A stretch of DNA of 33,753 nt from Octopus bimaculoides (taxonomy: Eukaryota). Positions 32,160 through 33,753 of the stretch are shown here, piece by piece. The position numbers and the translations under genes are program-made. Position 1 is the first letter of the stretch, and every line of letters begins with the position of its first letter. The stretch is from NCBI RefSeq assembly GCF_001194135.2, contig NC_068985.1, positions 121,436,231 to 121,469,983 on the forward strand, read 5' to 3'. The notes beneath the pieces were generated by a model. It worked only from the letters and a program-made list of their open reading frames with translations. It ran no database searches and was not told where the DNA came from.

Positions 32160-32893
32160 TTTTGTCTATGTTAGCAAACAGCTGCTTGTCTGTTTTTGTA
32201 TACTACAATGCACAAATTATGAATAAAATACCATGCTACTGAAACATATGTAGCATGGATTGAACTACTATTGCTCATTCATCTCCTTTATAATATGTAT
32301 ATATGTTGGGTGTGTGAATGTATAAAAGACTAAAATTCAAATTCTGTTTCTCTGTATGTGTATTCCTTGTTTTTAGATGAAACTACACACTGTAACAATA
32401 AAATGTTTCAACATTTCTTCTTCTAAACATAATTCCTTATGCCTACAAAAAATTTAAGGGAACCTGATATAAGCCTCAACACAAAAGAATTTTGCTCATT
32501 GTTATATTAATACTTGCCAAAAAATTTTACCAAATATGAATAAGAAAACAAAAAGAATACTCTAGTAGTACTAACACAAACGCAAACAACATTTACATAC
32601 AACGCTTAAACACACACACAAGCACACATGCACATACACACATATCCATACACCCACACACACACACATACATACATACAACAGTGATATTGACAGACTT
32701 TCTCAATAAAAAGCGGAAGAGAATTAAAATCAGTACAGACAGCTTTCAAGTGCTGTATGATATCACACAAATAGCACCAGTTAAGTAATGGCAAGAAAAA
32801 TAAACACATCAGCTAAATGAAAACATGAAGCTGATAACATCCTGCAGATTGGTGGCAAAATCATCAAGAGACACTCACTTCATGATGACTTAC

Positions 32894-32937
32894 CATATGA
32901 ATCCAGACGTGCGGGACAAATGTATCTCAGCAAAAAA
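32894..32937 (-). other. Candidate 44-nt internal exon (possibly upstream exon of the CYTH gene or of another minus-strand gene)
   Basis: Acceptor gttcttccag and perfect donor atg|gtaagt. No homology recognised. Confidence 0.35.
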
Positions 32938-33452
32938 CTGGAAGAACACTTTGCATAACACAAAAAGGTTATGCATAAATATATTTTCAGTAAACTTGTA
33001 GAGAATAATATTAACATGAAGTGTAGCCCTTTTTGTACTTGTGACCATTACATCATGTTACATCTCAATCCAAGAACAGTAAATAACTCCAAAATACCTA
33101 AAATACAAATGGAACAATAAGGCCCTTAAACTTTCAAGATGCAACCACAAAATATTCTATCTTTATGATTCTGAGAAAGTTGTTCACATCTGCAAAGTAG
33201 CTAACCTCTATGATAAAACATGAATTTTCTTTTCAGTTCCAAATAACTATATCAGGTTTGTTATGCTTGCATTTAATTAATGGTCTGATGGGAATGTTCC
33301 ATTAATATTTCTTTTGTTGCTATGTATATATTCAATGGTAGAGGTGTTTATATTTATCCCAAAGCAGTCTTTTCAGATAGCATTGTATACTGTTTTAGCA
33401 ACAACACCATGCCACAATGGTAGCATCTCAATGACAATTTCTAGCAGCTGCT

Positions 33453-33753
33453 GGTAACATGTTATGTCTTTCATAGAATGAATAATGATAGAGTAATGAT
33501 TCAAGTGAGCAGGGAGGGGAGGAGGACACTCATCATCGTCATCGTTTAACATCCGCTTTCCCAGCTAGCATGGGTTGGACGATTTGACTGAGGACTGGTG
33601 AGCCAGATGAGTCAAATCGTCCAACCCATGGAAAGCGGATGTTAAACGATGATGATGATGATGATGATGATGATGAGTGTCCTCCTCCCTTCCCTGCTCA
33701 CTTGAATCATTACTCTATCATTATTCATTCTATGAAAGACATAACATGTTACC
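33453..33753. repeat. Fold-back inverted duplication centred in an RTE 3' tail (arms 33453-33589 and 33610-33753)
   Basis: The right arm is the reverse complement of the left, including the non-repeat flank, and runs to the last base of the window. 20-nt spacer. Confidence 0.9.

Noticed and set aside
32231-32258. GAAAC-ATAT-GTA within a 9-bp hairpin
   Set aside because: No CUGANGA or stem II; a short hairpin of this kind is plausible by chance in AT-rich DNA.
1-33753. CRISPR arrays, tRNA/rRNA genes or prokaryotic operons
   Set aside because: No repeat-spacer array or intact structural RNA gene was seen. The tRNA-like boxes belong to SINE heads, and the spliced genes show this is eukaryotic nuclear DNA.

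Overview
AT-rich, repeat-dense animal genomic DNA with three assembly gaps. The repeat families and microsatellite load suggest an octopus or other coleoid cephalopod (inference from repeat types, not from a database search). Two protein-coding genes converge tail-to-tail. On the + strand are the last two coding exons of SKP1 (3516-3656, 4319-4354). On the - strand is a complete four-coding-exon CYTH-domain (CyaB/class IV adenylate cyclase-like) gene of 174 aa (23833 to 8609, all introns phase 0), which the ORF track largely misses. Most of the rest is mobile-element debris: a 3.0-kb internally deleted Gypsy/Mag-like LTR element with a TSD nested in a SINE, a full-length decayed mariner, a Tc1 fragment, RTE and CR1/Jockey-like LINE ends, two tRNA-like SINE families, and a Penelope-like (PLE) GIY-YIG fragment. 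The most unusual layer is RNA structure. I found seven minimal type-I hammerhead-ribozyme-like motifs: one essentially intact (7620-7705), a family with a non-canonical CCGAUGA core tied to the PLE, and two with very long stem-II insertions. In three of them the GUA cleavage site is also a GTAAG splice-donor consensus. There are also a perfect 33-bp hairpin beside a CYTH exon and a fold-back inverted duplication at the window end. All structures and alignments were done by eye; nothing was computed or searched.
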